Positions 26,524 through 40,110 of a stretch of 64,000 nt of DNA are shown piece after piece. Under the pieces are notes generated by a model that saw nothing but the letters and a program-made list of their open reading frames with translations, ran no database searches and had not been told where the DNA came from. A program made the translations under genes and the position numbers. The stretch spans positions 27,962,001 through 28,026,000 of the forward strand of contig JBITNC010000001.1 of the NCBI GenBank assembly GCA_050084985.1, in the 5' to 3' direction. Source of the DNA: Nageia nagi (Eukaryota > Plantae > Pinophyta). Numbering within the stretch: the first letter of the stretch is position 1; every line of letters starts with the position of its first letter.

Positions 26524-29500
26524 CTTAGAATTATGAAAAATGTGCAGAAACTTACAAAAAAAGGATTGGAAAACTGGCTTGAAATACCCCAAAAATAACT
26601 AAGTACCAACCTGGATGAGTGTCAGAATGCAACAACTCACTCAACAATGAACTGAGATTGCCTTCTTTTATAGGAGATGCATAGAGGGTTTGTGCATGTC
26701 ATAATGCATGTATGCCATTTGTCTTCTTGATCTCTCAATTTGTAGCTTCTTTCGTACTTAGGCAATTTTGGCTCTCAAATCCCATGGCGCATGAATTTGG
26801 ATGTGTGCTTTTTCACTATCTGGAGAACATGCGATTGGGTTCCTGGTGATCAACACACATTACTTAGTCAATTCTAGGATCACAACTTATACTTGGAAAG
26901 GTCAATTCATCATTTCACACTAGGGCGCATGGATTTGGATGTGTGCTAAAGTATTTGCTACAAAGCATGCGCCTCAAACCTTCATGTAACACAAAAGCGA
27001 ACCCTAAGATCCAACTCGTCCCTCAAAAATGCTTGACTGGTAGCACAGGCACGTCCTCAATCCCTTATTCCTCCTTGCCGCACCAATGTTGATGAGTCCT
27101 CAAGCATGTTCTAGAAATGGTGCGACTAGGGGGCTTAATGTAAAATGAAATAATGTGGTAAAATGACAAAAGGGGTGACTTGATATATATATATATAAAC
27201 TTGTCACGTGTCACCCTTTGGTTGGCTAAAAGTAAGGTCAAATAGCAAAGCTAGAATAATGGGTGCATAGTTTTGAGGACATGCAAAAGCATGCGCTAGC
27301 CACCTTGTGTTCTCCAAAAAGACTTAGTCACTTTTCATCGTACTTGAAAGCTTTTGTATCATGGTCGCATGTTTTGAAAGGGGTGCAAAAGCATGTTCCA
27401 AGAAACATGCGTCTGGCCCTTCTCTACTTAGATTTTATACTTAGGCAAATTTGACCCTTGGCCAGGACGTTTGGAGACAGGCACACCAATTGAGGTGAGT
27501 GCCTAAGGACAAACTAGAAACCATGCGCACGACATGTGGCATACCTTTAATGCAAAGGACTACAAAATTAATGAAAATGACTTAAAATTAATGATCCAGA
27601 ACAGGGTGCACACGCTTTAGGGGACATGCTTTCGGGCCTTGGCTTTGCATAGGGCTCCAAATTCAACTAAATAAACTTAATACTGGGATGGACCTTCCTT
27701 TCATAGGCTTGTCGATGGTGGACAAGTGTCTTGATGTGATAGGTGCAAATGAAGGTCCAATGTAGTGTGTTCAACGCCTAGGCCCAACACTTAGCCGAAT
27801 TTTATACCTTGAACCTGGGCGCACCGTTTTGGGGACATGCAATAGCATGTACCTCAAAACATTGACTTGGCCTTCCTCATGATTGTCTTCGAAAAAATGA
27901 CTAAGTACCAAGACTCCTCTTTAGCCTGGGCGCACTGTTTAGGGGATGTGCAAAACCATGTACCTCAAAGCATGCACTCCCTTTTTCACACAACTTGAAA
28001 ATTGTCTAAGTATAGAGACATCTTCATTGATCTTGGTCACATCATTTTGGGGACGTGCAAAAAGCATGTCCCTCAAAACATGCACTCAGGGACAAAATGC
28101 AAATTTTCCTTCAAAACGACTAGAATGACCCTCGAAACGGAATGCAATTGAGGGGATGCAATCTTTTACAGTATGATGGACATGAAAAAATGTAGTTTTA
28201 AAACCGAAAATTCAAGACTAAGTTCGAAATATGCAGCATGAAGGAGGGCGCACATTTTAGGGTGCATGCAAAAAGCATGTCCCTCAAAACATGCGCCATA
28301 GGCACAATGACACATTTTTTACTTGTTTTCACCATGAAAGTGCAGATCTTGTCATGTTTCTTCTTGCTAATCTAGGATGCATGCATTTCCTTGAAAAATT
28401 TCTTCCATGTCTTTATTCTCTAATTCGTGAGAGTTCTCGAAAATGCAAATTTTTTGGGGGTTGTTGTGCAGGCACAACACCATTGACCTAATTTTGTTCA
28501 CCCATGGACATTAATATATATATTTTTTCTTTCTTTTTCTGCGGCCTTTACTGTCCATTATTGAAAAACACTTAGTAGGTTCATCAGTTTATTTTGGGTT
28601 CTTAACTTATAAACCAGAGCTGAATCATGGATTGAAAGCTTTAAAGGTGTGGCTTGATCAAAGTTATTTGACTGTACCCATTTGTCTTTAGAGGTCAGAT
28701 CTATATACCTCTTTCTCATGGATCTCAAAGGAGACAAAGGCAAAAAATTCTTTCTGCCAGTCAGTTTACCATGCCTTCTTGCTGTGTGCATGATATCATC
28801 CTTTTAAGAAAGTTTAGTTCGTTCACTTATCAAATGCAACATTTCATTCATGGTACTTACTCAGATCTAATTCTTCAGGAAGTTGATCCCAAACATTTGT
28901 GACTCTATCTTGTCCAATCAACATTTGCTTCTTTTGAAAATATCTGTTTTTTGTTGTATAGCCTCTGTACTTCTTTGCCTTCAATTATTACACATTCAGC
29001 GGTTTTTATGTGCTTTCTATCTTTTGGGGTGCAACTATTATTGATTATGTTTTAGTTGATATAAGGTGGTATGTCCAGATTTGCAAGACTAAACATGCTG
29101 CTTTCTGGCATCTGCTTCTCTCTAATAGGGGATATTTCCAGTTTAGCCTCACTCTAAGTGTCTAAACTAAAAAACAGCTAGAAATTTGAACTTGGGGAGT
29201 TAGCCTTTTCATTGAAGATTTTGTTCATGGTACTAAGCAAAGTCATAAGACTCTTATTTGGTACTGGCTTGGTGTGGCAAAAGTGTATTACTGTTTCTCA
29301 GGGAAACCCAAGAAAAAAAAGGCAATTAAAAAACAAGATGAACTAATGAGAGCGCTACTCTTTTGTACCCATTTAATGTCTCGAACTGAGTCAAATGGAT
29401 AATGAGCTGATAAAACTTGCTTAGATGCATGCAGGACTCTGTGTCAGCTCTGACTTGGGATGGCTAAAGAGTACTTTTTTCGCAGGAAAGACTTTGGCAA

Positions 29501-32500
29501 TTAAAAGACTCTATACCTTAAAATAAGATAATATTAATTAATGAATAATTTTGAAGGACTTGTTTTAGTATATCTTATCCTATTTATTGACATCTACTTT
29601 GCAGATAAACAATTTACGATTCAATTTACATCCGATATTTCATATTTTATGAAGGGTAGGTATTACGGTATTACCAAATACAGCTTGGGTGCATTCTTAT
29701 ACCAGTAATTGACTCGTGAGGTTTGCACAGACAACAACAAAGCATAAGGATATTTCACAAGGAAATAGCAATGGGATACTGGGCAATTAAAGTGGTATGC
29801 TTGTGAACAAAAGAATTGCATGCTACAGTGGAAATCAGTATGTACCATTCATTGAATTGCAAGTTTGCCGTGTTAATAGTCTGAAGTTTAAACTTTGAAA
29901 TAACTTATTTTAATGACCTGAAGATGCAAATGCAGGGAAGGAAAATGCCTGAGAATGAAGGTTGTAAACAAGTGACACCCAAAAAGAGATCAGTAACACA
30001 GCAGAATATTTACTCTGAAATTCAGTCAGACTCTAAAGAATTTATGGTGAAACAAACACAATTCCTCAAAAGTGATTTTCAGATAACATGAAGTGCATCA
30101 AAGAAGGCAGACATGGAACAAAGACATGTTGGATGTCTGAATGAAGGAGAGATTAGAGAGAAAGAAACTGCCAAGGAGGTTGCAGACGTTAAACAATCAA
30201 CACTTGATGGTTTTGGGAGAGGGTTTCTCCTTAAGCCAAGAAAACACTAAGCTGACTGTATAAGACTATTGATCTAGAAGCTACAGTTTTGGTAGCAGAC
30301 TCATTCAAGGAAAAAAGCTCTTCAATAGATTGAAACAGGTACGAAACTGGTGCCCAATGCTTTTTTGGGATACCAAGTAGCATTTAGGGAGAACATCTTG
30401 AAACTGTAAAAATAAACAATGGCAGGATGTTGCCAAAACTGTTGGAAATTTGTAATAACAGGTTTTGGGTACCTGTATAAAAAAAGCCTTTTAGTTTAAA
30501 TGGCCTTTTTTGGTCTCAACCAAAACTAAAATCCCATTTTAATTACTTGTGATCAGTTTTACTTTTAAGTAAAGTTGAACTTACAAAAGAAAACTTTACA
30601 TTTCACAAAAGATTGCAAGTTGCATTAGTGGCTTGTCTACTTTTTCTCGGGGCTCGTCACTCCTATAAGTTCTAAAACGAGGCAAAGCATTCAACTCTGA
30701 AGATTTAGCACTATTGCTGGGAATGCAAAAGATACAATTTGTGTACCTCTCTTTCAAAGCAGCAGCAAAACCTCTGGAATGTAATGATCCTTGTATTGCT
30801 CTCAAATGAAAGGCTATCTTGAAAGTTAAATGTACAAAGCATTGAGTTATCAGTCAATGCAGCAGCGAGATAAATTGCATTGCTATGAACAGCCTAGGTA
30901 AATTTGGGTGGGAAAACACAGAATTTTACCATGTCATCTTTAGCACGATAAACAAGGTGTATTTAATACACTTATTTCTCAAAGCCTATAAATACCTAAA
31001 TCCCTCCTTTGGAATTTACCTTATGCTTGTTGCGGTGAAAAGCTTAGACATCTCCAAGCTACACGTCATGTCCAATTGAGCATAGACGAAAAGTTACCAA
31101 GGTATCTTGATGCAACACAAGAAGGTAATTTCTAGTGTTTTCCTTTTCTTCTTTCCAGTTTTTGAAGTGGCAATCTCCTTGAAGTGTTAAGGATGATTTT
31201 GTGCCTTCCCATTTTGAAGCCACAATTGTATGAAACTTTCTTTCACCGTGACGTTCATAGAAGATATGTTGTATTGTTCTAAGCAACGAAGCACAAAGAT
31301 GCCTGTACATCTTGATGTGACTAAGCTTAAACCGTTGGCATCAAGAGAGATTGAGGTTTCAATTAGGAAACATATAATTTGGTATAATTGATTTAAATTG
31401 ATTGTGCAAATGGGAAAGCCTAAGAATCAGTTAAATAAGAGAGTAACAAGAAAGGAAGTAGGCAAATTATTGGAAGGAGAAATGTCATCTGCTGAAGCTC
31501 CATGCAAGGATTGGCTAAGTGTTATCAAAGATACTTCTTGGTCACATCTGATCCAATCAAAATCCTTGAAGACCTGCAGATAGTCCTATAAACAGGGAAA
31601 TACAATGATTTAGCCTATATGCTATTGGGCTGGTTAGAGAAACGGTTCTCCCTTTCACTCTACTTAAGGTGGCCAACTATTATGATGTTGAATCGAGAAA
31701 GGTAGCACCAACACTGGGCAGGTGATTGCAGATTTCTCCCCAACAGGAGTAGAAGCTACTTTGGCTATACTTAAGTTGCAAGACTATTTTGCAGTCTACC
31801 TGTTAATGTCCTTGTTTTCAACTTGTTTATTTGATGGCCATCCTTGTTAACTGGAAGAAACCGCTATTTAAGGGTAGATGGTTTGAATGTGGCTATCCTT
31901 GAATTTCCTTGACAGAAATTCCAGTTAACACCATGACAACTAGTAAACTTAAAGCTTCATGAGGAAAAACCATTACCTCACTGGGGCAATAAAACCATAT
32001 GATGGTGCACAAAGGGTAGGCTTGTGAGTGCATTTTAATGTGTATGATAACAAAGATCAAGCTCTTTATCTTCGTGCCAAAAGTGAAGTGCTTCTCAGAT
32101 AATTTGGATCTTGACATGCAACAAGTGCTCTTTCCATGGCGTATATTAATTGGTTTACCACTATTAATCAACGTTGTTGATGCGATCATATGGTCTTCTT
32201 TACCTTCATTGATATATTATGTCTCATGTAACACAAAAAAGACAAGATTTTTTTAAACTTCTTAGCTTGAAACTTAACATTAAAGGATTCCCCACATTTC
32301 TTAGTGTGAGTACAGTTCTTACCATATTAGTCAGACATGGCGGGTGATCGGTAAACTTGCTGAGTTGTGAGTTGAGTAGGGGTTGCCATCCAAGTCGCAC
32401 TTGGTGCATGAGTTTTTCTGTTTCTGCTGAACAATGAGTAAACATGAGTATTTCAGCAATTAACTCATCAAAGGCTCATGAATACTCGTCAAGTTCAACA

Positions 32501-33572
32501 CAAAAAACTCAACAAATGCAGCAAAAGAAAAAGTGTTTGGTTAAAAAAGAAAAAACAGACAGAACAAAACCTCGTTATGTTTGTTGCCAACATGAGAAAA
32601 GGATAAAGGTAGAAAAGAAAAGCTTACATAACTTGTCTCCATTGATTTTTCATTCAATCTACGGAATTTTTAACATCCACAATTCAAGTTTACAACCGTT
32701 TTGACATTTTAATTTGATTTTTTTACTATTTAGGCATGTTTCTGACCTTTTAAAAAGGTAAACATCTTTAGGCAAAGTTTTTGATTTTTTGAAGAAATAA
32801 ACATGTTGAAAATTGGAATTAATTGTTTAATACTTTAACATGACCTTCCTTGTTGATTGTTCATTTTTTCAGCTGCCAAGTTTTGAAATTTGAATTTTAG
32901 CTTCAAACCTGAGCTACTCAAGCTCACCTAGATAAGAACTCATTTGGAAGCAATGCTATAATGCGCTACTTCTTTCTAGAATCCCTAACCGCCATATCTG
33001 CTTTTATAAAAGGTTGATCCTAAAGTGCAGTGGGTAGTCAATGTACAATTGGAAGCTTTTGAAGAAAAGAAGAATACAGGGAAGAGAACACAAAGAGAGA
33101 TGGCAAGGCCTCCACCTCCTCCTACCATTGTTGTCAGTTTCTTAGACGAGTATGCAAGCAACATAGGGACAAGTATAGGGTTAGACATGGGTCTTTTGCA
33201 TTTACATCTCAATCCCTAGTTGTTGTGGGATGTGATATTTTTTCCCCTTGTTTCTCTCATGGTAGCCAACCTTCCCTTGTGGCGATTGGATGTAATAGGG
33301 AAAAGACACAATATGTTAGAAAGACATGTGCTAATCTTTTGTATTTTTAAGACATTCAATTTAATGTGGCGAGATCACAATATTGGGGGTATATGGTAAA
33401 TGCCATTTTAGTTTGTGGTGCATGGTTCAAAGCACCTACCTACCAAGATCGTCAAGGCCCATTGCTTGATGAAGCTACTGCTGATATAAATCTTATCATT
33501 GAAGAGTAGATGAAAATTTGGAGGAAAAAGGGATGCAACATTTGATTAATGGTTGGATTGATGGGAGGAGTC

Positions 33573-34805
33573 TCTGATGATCTAAATTTTAAATTCAACC
33601 ACAAACTAGCAATACAGGATTATCAAGTTGTGACGTCAGGACTAGGGCATCACACATGCACCAACAAACCCTCAAGCATGCAATGTTAGGGTTAGGGCAT
33701 CAAGATTACACATTCAGATATCCAAAATGCCAACATCTAGCATGTGCAAGCATACATCAATGAATACAATCTTAGGATGCCAGTGTCTGGCTCATACATG
33801 AATAATCTAAACCCTAACATATTAAAGTGCCTTGGAATGATAAATACAAGTACATACAATCAATGAGATCCAACGCATGCACAAGTATGAGACAGTACAA
33901 CACAATAATGAGATCCGAAGCCCTTTGGCTGTATATGAATGATAAACAATGAACGTAATAAAATACCAAGCCCAATGGGCAATTGTTGGCCTCAAGGGAG
34001 CCAACTAGGGCATAGCACATATCAATCTCCAATGCCGAACAGGTGTAGAACCATGAGATAGATTCACTCCCTCAGATCTTGGATCCCCTCCATTTAAGGA
34101 GTCCTCGAAACCTGGATAACCACTGAAGGTAGTAGTAAATGCTCGAAATGCTACCGGATGGGCAAGGTGCTCCACATGTGTCATAGATAATCAGGATCCC
34201 ACTGCCTGACTACCCTCCAGACGCTCCACCTAGGAATGGAATGCTTAGCACCGCTAAGACTTGTGTCGGAAGGTTTGTAGTAAGTGTAATGATCAAAAAT
34301 AGTTGTCCAATACTGAAGCGCCAATGCCTATGTATACATTGCTTGTGTCCGAAACTCACCTAGGAGTCCTCCCAGGCCCATCTAATCCAGCATTGGGTAT
34401 TTGGGGGGCCCAAACACTTAAAGTGCCAACGTGGGGGGATTGATCACATAATATGCCAACGTGGGGTCCCTAGCACTTAAAGTGCCAACGTGGGGGTCCT
34501 AGAGTCCTCATGAGCCAACATGTGGGTATGGGGCCCTCCCCAGTGTGGCGCTAGCATGTTGGTGGCCGTCCAACTCTCAAATGCATAAACATACCTTGGG
34601 ATTCCCACAATCCGGGATCTCCAATGTAACATATGTCTAATATACCACTCAGAAGAAAAACATCCCACTTCGGGCTCACATTGGGGTCCACATGACCCAT
34701 TAAAACTCTTATCTTGAGTTACAACAATGTAAATGCAAATACATTAAATAGATATAGTACAAGATGACCAAATTGGTCCCACTAAAAGTACAAGGGGACA
34801 TCACA
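33573..34805 (-). mobile_element. Solo LTR (Gypsy family of 11320-12562) inserted in the hAT transposase
   Basis: TSD GAGTC/GAGTT; right end GGGGACATCACA; removing it restores the frame DGRSQTLINF; homologous to 11320-12562. Confidence 0.87.
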
Positions 34806-35080
34806 GAGTTAGACTCTAATTAATTTTTCTATTTCTTGTGCAAGGGATTTAGTGTTCCTCAAATTAGTTGATGGATTGATTGAAATAAAATATGCCAATT
34901 ACTTAAGCAAATTGATAGAGGAGGTTATCTTGGAGGTGGGCTCTAAAAATGTCATGCATTGACAATGCGACCGCATATGCATTAGTAGGGAGGATTCTCG
35001 AGGAGAGGTACGCTTCAATTTTTTGGAATCCATGTGTTGTCCAGTGCCTCAGTCTCATTTTTCAGGATATTGGGAAAACT

Positions 35081-35340
35081 AATTGGGTGAAGGAGGTTGT
35101 AGAAAAAGAAAAAAATAAAATTTTAATTCATTTACAATCTCACTCATGGGTGCTGAATTTGATGAGGTCGTATTTCACACATAGGAAGGAGCTCGTAAGT
35201 CTAGACATCACGAATTGGGTGGAGGTTGTAGAAAAAGCAAAAAAAAAATTTTAATTCATTTACAATCTCACTCATGGGTGCTGAATTTGATGAGGTCGTA
35301 TTTCACACATAGGAAGGAGCTCATAAGTCTAGACATCACG
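35081..35340 (+). repeat. ~130-bp tandem duplication within the hAT transposase
   Basis: aattgggtg(aa)ggaggttgtagaaaaag...ctagacatcacg occurs twice (35081-35212, 35213-35340). Confidence 0.9.
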
Positions 35341-36106
35341 AATTTTCCCAATACATTCATTACATTGCAAAGTCTATTTGACTCAAAAATTGCATTTAAC
35401 CTAATGTTTGTGAGTAACAAGTGGACAAGATCCTAATATGCCCACAAGATTGATGGTATTAAAGTATTTTGAGGGTGCCTTTTGGAAGGCATCAAATGAG
35501 ATCATTTAGGTAAGAATTTGAGAATAATTCAAGTTTTTAATTTTAATTTACTTTCCCATTATTTGCATGTTTGATTTGTGAGTCCTTGGTGAAGGTCCTT
35601 TGATGGATACGACTAAGCTATAACTTCCTTCTATAGTCATGAGGAGAGGAGATATTGTTCCATTTGGGATATCATTGATTGTAGATGGTTAAACAAGCTT
35701 CATAGGCCATTACATATAGCAAGGTACCATTGGAACCCCAAACTTTTCTTTGGTGAAGCATTTGAAGTGGACGAGGTTTCGATAGGCCTTCATATGTGCA
35801 TCCAATGTATGGCCATTGATGAATTTAAGAGAGATATTCTCATGGACGAGCTATAGGTTTATATAATGGCACAAGGCTAACTCTTCTCTTCTCCACAATG
35901 CATTCATGCAAGGACTCAAGCTCTAGGTAAAAAACATTTTCTAATAGTTATTACTTCATTGTAATAAATTGTTTTGTAATAATACAAAAATAAAAACCTG
36001 ATTTTTTTATTCCTATTTTTTCATTTCTTTTAATTTTTTAGATCTATGGTGGGATAATTATGGTGCTAGGATGCCAAATATACAAAAGATTGCAATCAAA
36101 ATTTTG

Positions 36107-36309
36107 CCATGTTTACAAATTCTCCATATATGTGCCAAGTTCAACAAATTTTTCTCCTAGCCGAATTTTACCGAATTCTAAAAGGTCTTGCCTTACATAC
36201 TATTTTTGTCTTTTTTTTCCTTTTTTTCTTGAACTTTTCCCGAATTTTTGCCAAATTTTAAAATTTGGCTCCAAGCCGTATTTCCAAAATATCGTATTTG
36301 TAAATTGTG
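36107..36309. mobile_element. ~200-bp hAT-type MITE nested in the hAT dimerisation domain
   Basis: 8-bp TSD AAATTTTG/AAATTATG; TIR core TTTACAAAT/ATTTGTAAA; removing it restores IAIKILCESCSTFGCDRN. Confidence 0.75.
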
Positions 36310-37463
36310 AAATTATGTGCGAATCATGTAGTACTTTTGGATGTGATAGAAATTTGAGAACATTTCAGCATATTCACTCAAATAAGTGCAACAAATTCAT
36401 TCATTAATGCTTAAATGATTTGGTGTTTGTGGTCTAAAGTCTTTGCCTTCATCTCAAGAAAATTAAAAGAATTGAATTAGATGCCATTGATCCACAATTC
36501 GATTTGATATCAGATTAGTTAGAGTTGGTGGATCCTCATTTCAGTTTCAGCTTTGAGGAGTTTGATGCCATTGAACTAGAGGCTATTGTAATGGAAAAGG
36601 AAGAGGAAGAGGTGTTGGCAGTAGAAGCATTGAAAATACAAGAGGAATTCACACAACAACCAATGGCAACAAGAAGTAGAACTGCAAAGGAGAAGGAAAA
36701 GACCAAGGAAAAGGGCCAATGATAGGCTGATTTTGTTTTGTAATGATCGACATTGAAAATTTACGATTTGTAATTTATTTTGGTGGAGACTACTAGAAAA
36801 TACTGAAAATTATTATTTGTTTTGTTCTTTTGATGTATAATGTACCTAATGTTGGAATAGTGATAGTAATTGGGCATGTTATGAATTAAATTTTATGTGA
36901 GATGACTAAAAACTCTCGTTATGTGAAACTTTTTATATTCTTTAGTTTCTTTTCCCAAGTTTTGTTGAGTCGGGGTTCTTCTCAATTCAAATAGTTTGTC
37001 GAGTACTCTCTGAGTCAAGTCTGACTACTATGGTTCTTACAATGATCATAGATGGCTTAAATCTCAACATTTCTTAGCTTTCTAGCAGCCTTCTACCTAC
37101 ATTTTGTGCTATTAAATTGTGGTTGAACTCTTTTTTTGATTTTTTAAAATTCTAACAATAATGCATACTTTTTACCTAGTATTTTTCTTTGGAATATAGG
37201 TAATACCCTTTTTAAATTTCGGAGAAGGGTACTTAAAACTCTTTTTACATGTTATACCATGTAGGGATGAGGAGATTTGAACCTAGGCCTGCCATGGAGT
37301 ATTCCTATTAGTTTCTCAACTCCCCTAACATGGGTGGACTTTTACCTTAGGTTTCAATGCATAGTTCTTTGGCATTGGTATTTATTGATAGAGTGTGGCA
37401 ATGTGCAATAATGACAATCATTCAACAAAAATCCTCTAATATTGGTATTTATTGATAAGAGTG

Positions 37464-39239
37464 GTTTTTTTTTTTTATAATAAGGGTAAATTATATTATC
37501 AAAACACGGGTTTTAATCTGGGCCCCAAAACCGGTCACAAAAATGGTTTCAGAAAGCCTGAAACCACTACCCAACTATACCTATTGGTAGCCAAAAAAGA
37601 CGTAGAAAGCAGCTGAAAACCATCCATAACTATACACGAATACATGCCGAATTGCAACAACAGAAAATACAATACTGCTAGTTGGAAAATGCACTATAAT
37701 CAAAACCGTTTCCCCCCTTTCCTTTCTAGGGTAGCCTATTTCTGCTTCTTGCGGAAATTTGCTCTAGTCTTAAATCTAAACTACATGATTGAGGCATTAT
37801 AGCCCCTAATGATCTATGAAAGGATCTTTATTGAGGGGTAGCAATGGCCAATTGGCCCCTTTTTTGCTCTAGAGTGCTTTGCTTCCCATTAACAATATCC
37901 TGTTCAGTCAATCGATATCTCAACTCACTTGAGGATGGTCTTTCAATGTGTGGTTGCCCCACATTAGGTGTTTTTCGGGTGTTTAGGATATTCTTGGATG
38001 GTATTTTGTACCTACGTTTTGTTGTTGTGTAACTGTGGTTGCTGCAAGATTGTTTGTGTTTTTAGCTTTCTTGAGCACTCTCCTAATGTCTTCTACACCA
38101 TCTGCTCCTATTTCTTCATTTACCTCCATGTCTTCTACTTTGTTTTCAGAGAAGTCAATATTAAATTCAATGTTCTCTCTGTCAATTCCTTCCAAAACAC
38201 CTAAGATAGCATATGGGTTATTGGTGGGTGAAGGGTTTGAGGTAGCCCTATTCTCTTTGCGAGATTTATCAGAGGTTTTTGCGAGGGTTTTATTTGTGTA
38301 CTTGCTAGCATTCAATCTATCCTTACCTTTTTGCACAATTGTCCATTCATTTCTTTCATTTTTATTTGCATTTTTTGACTTAGTTTGGTTCTTCCTTTCC
38401 TCCTCTCGAGTTCTTTTGTCGAGGCAATCTTTAGCATAGTGGTCGAAGCTCTTATAGATTCCGCATTGCATTGGGAGATTTTCATAGAAGATCAGCTGGA
38501 TCCAAACTCTCATGTCTTTTGTTTTAATTTCAACTTCTTTTCTCATGGGTTTGGAGATGTTGATATTGACTATAAACCTCGCATCTGTTAGTTTATGCCT
38601 TAGTCGTGTTGCTCTTTCAATGGTAACCAATGTACCAAGTGCCTTGGCTACCCTTGCAATGACACTCGAATGCCAATAAGATGGATGCAAGAGTGAGTCC
38701 CAGGTAGGTATGAGATTGAAGTTTTTTGATTCAGGTGTGAAGTGTTTGTCCATTGTTTGATAACGAGCCCTTTTTTCTCGAGAAACCATGGTCCGAGTTC
38801 TATCACCTTTTGCAGGTCTTCCTCAAATTGAAATTTGAAGATCAAGAATTCCTAAGGGAGTGCTATCAAAGAGACAGGTCCTTGTTTGCTCCATCTTTCC
38901 CGAATCCAACTTTTGATAACTTTGATCGGGGGTCTTACTCCAACAAATCTACCGATTAGGGCATTATGTAAATTGCTTTCGCCAGCTTCATTGATAGTTT
39001 TAGGTACAATAATACTCACCATCTCCTATGTCTGGCTCCAAGGTTTCGCTTATGGCTGCCTCTACGAACGGTTTTTCTTGCTTTAACATGCTTCTCCATT
39101 CTCTTGGGAGTTTGGGATCAGGTTTTCTTCTGTCCTTGTTCGCCGCGTTGCTTTGGTCATTCGGATGCATTTTGGATTGGTTGCGACAGAAATGAATTTC
39201 AGCTGCTTTTTAATTTTTGTTACCCTGTGCTCGCTTCTA
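37464..39239 (-). mobile_element. L1-clade LINE derivative: 5' end, ORF1, first codons of ORF2, 3' UTR and poly(A)
   Basis: TSD TGATAAGAGTG (37453-37463 / 39240-39250); poly(T) at 37465-37477. ORF1 fragments FKFQFEEDLQKVIELGPWF (DUF4283-like) and YENLPMQCGIYKSFDHYAKDC (zinc-knuckle-like). IKILS*IIRGYNA at 37831-37793 resembles the MKILSWNVRGLN endonuclease start. Confidence 0.85.
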
Positions 39240-39688
39240 TGATAAGAGTGTGGTAGTATGCAATAATGACAAACATTTTTTCACTAGTTACAATTTATTC
39301 TTACCTACTTGTTTGTATTTTGTTGATTGTTTCCATGTGTAGCTATAGGAAAATGATAAGGATTGGGAGAAAAGACAACATGGAAATACACATAAAACGA
39401 TGAAGGTGTTTTTACAATTTTTTGTGAACAAAAAATTTATGGATGCACAAACCACCTCAAATATCATTTGGCAAGGCAGAAAGGAAATGATGTCAAACTA
39501 TGATCCGTGGTGCTAGTGGATGTTCAATAGGAATGCAATGCCCTTTTCGCAGATTAAATAAAGAGGAGGGAGCTGAAACAAAAAATAAGTGAAACCGTGG
39601 TAATCCCCCTTCTCGACCTCATTTAGAGGGTATTGGTAACACCTTTAATATTTTATTTTCGACAAAATGGCTCCACTCCATTGATTGC

Positions 39689-40110
39689 ACACCTTGGTAG
39701 TGGGATAGATGAGTCAAATTTTGTTAGAGCATTTTGTGCAAGGGTTACAACCCATGTTAGATGGTATGACAATGTGGAATGAGAAGAGGCACAAGGCAAC
39801 AAGGAAGGCCATTGCCAATTTTTTTTGTACTTTTCGACTTTCCATTCAATGCTGCAAGGTTTCCATATTGGTAAAGAATGGTAGACACCCTTATAGCTTG
39901 CACACTTTAGGAGTGGGATAGATGAGTCATATTTGTTTAGAGCGTTTTGCTTCATGGTTACAATCCAAGCTAGAGGCTATGATTGTGTGGAATGAGAAGA
40001 GACACAAGGCAACAATGAAGGCCATTGCCAATTTTTGGTACTTTTCATTCAATGCTACAAGGTCTCCACATTGGCAAGGAATGGTAGATGACCTTATAGG
40101 TTGCGACGCA
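39689..40110 (+). repeat. ~224-bp tandem duplication in hAT 2
   Basis: gtgggatagatgagtca...tgtggaatgagaagag(g/a)cacaaggcaaca...gccattgccaatttttt occurs twice. Confidence 0.8.

Larger units (their letters stand above)
21487..28479 (-). mobile_element. Long solo-LTR-like element, copy 2 (6993 bp), containing a degenerate gene
   Basis: Perfect TSD CCATT (21482-21486 / 28480-28484); TGTTG...CAACA ends; 21770-22850 is colinear with 13855-14770; no internal PBS, PPT or second LTR. Confidence 0.88.
32323..37032 (+). mobile_element. hAT DNA transposon (decayed; DUF659-type core and C-terminal dimerisation domain)
   Basis: Perfect 8-bp TSD GTTCTTAC (32315-32322 / 37033-37040); TIRs CATATTAGTCAGAC / GTCTGACTACTATG. 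Transposase remnants GCNILINGWIDGR-[LTR]-TLINFSISCARDLVFLKLVD, IFWNPCVVQCLSLIFQDIGK, WWDNYG...CSTFGCDRNLRTFQHIHS. Confidence 0.93.

Noticed and set aside
29882-32190. One or two possible solo LTRs (ends near 30852 and 32188)
   Set aside because: LTR-like composition but no matching TSD or second copy in the window to fix boundaries
37262-37300. B-box-like GGTTCAAATC on the minus strand (tRNA or SINE)
   Set aside because: No A-box, cloverleaf or TSD could be established
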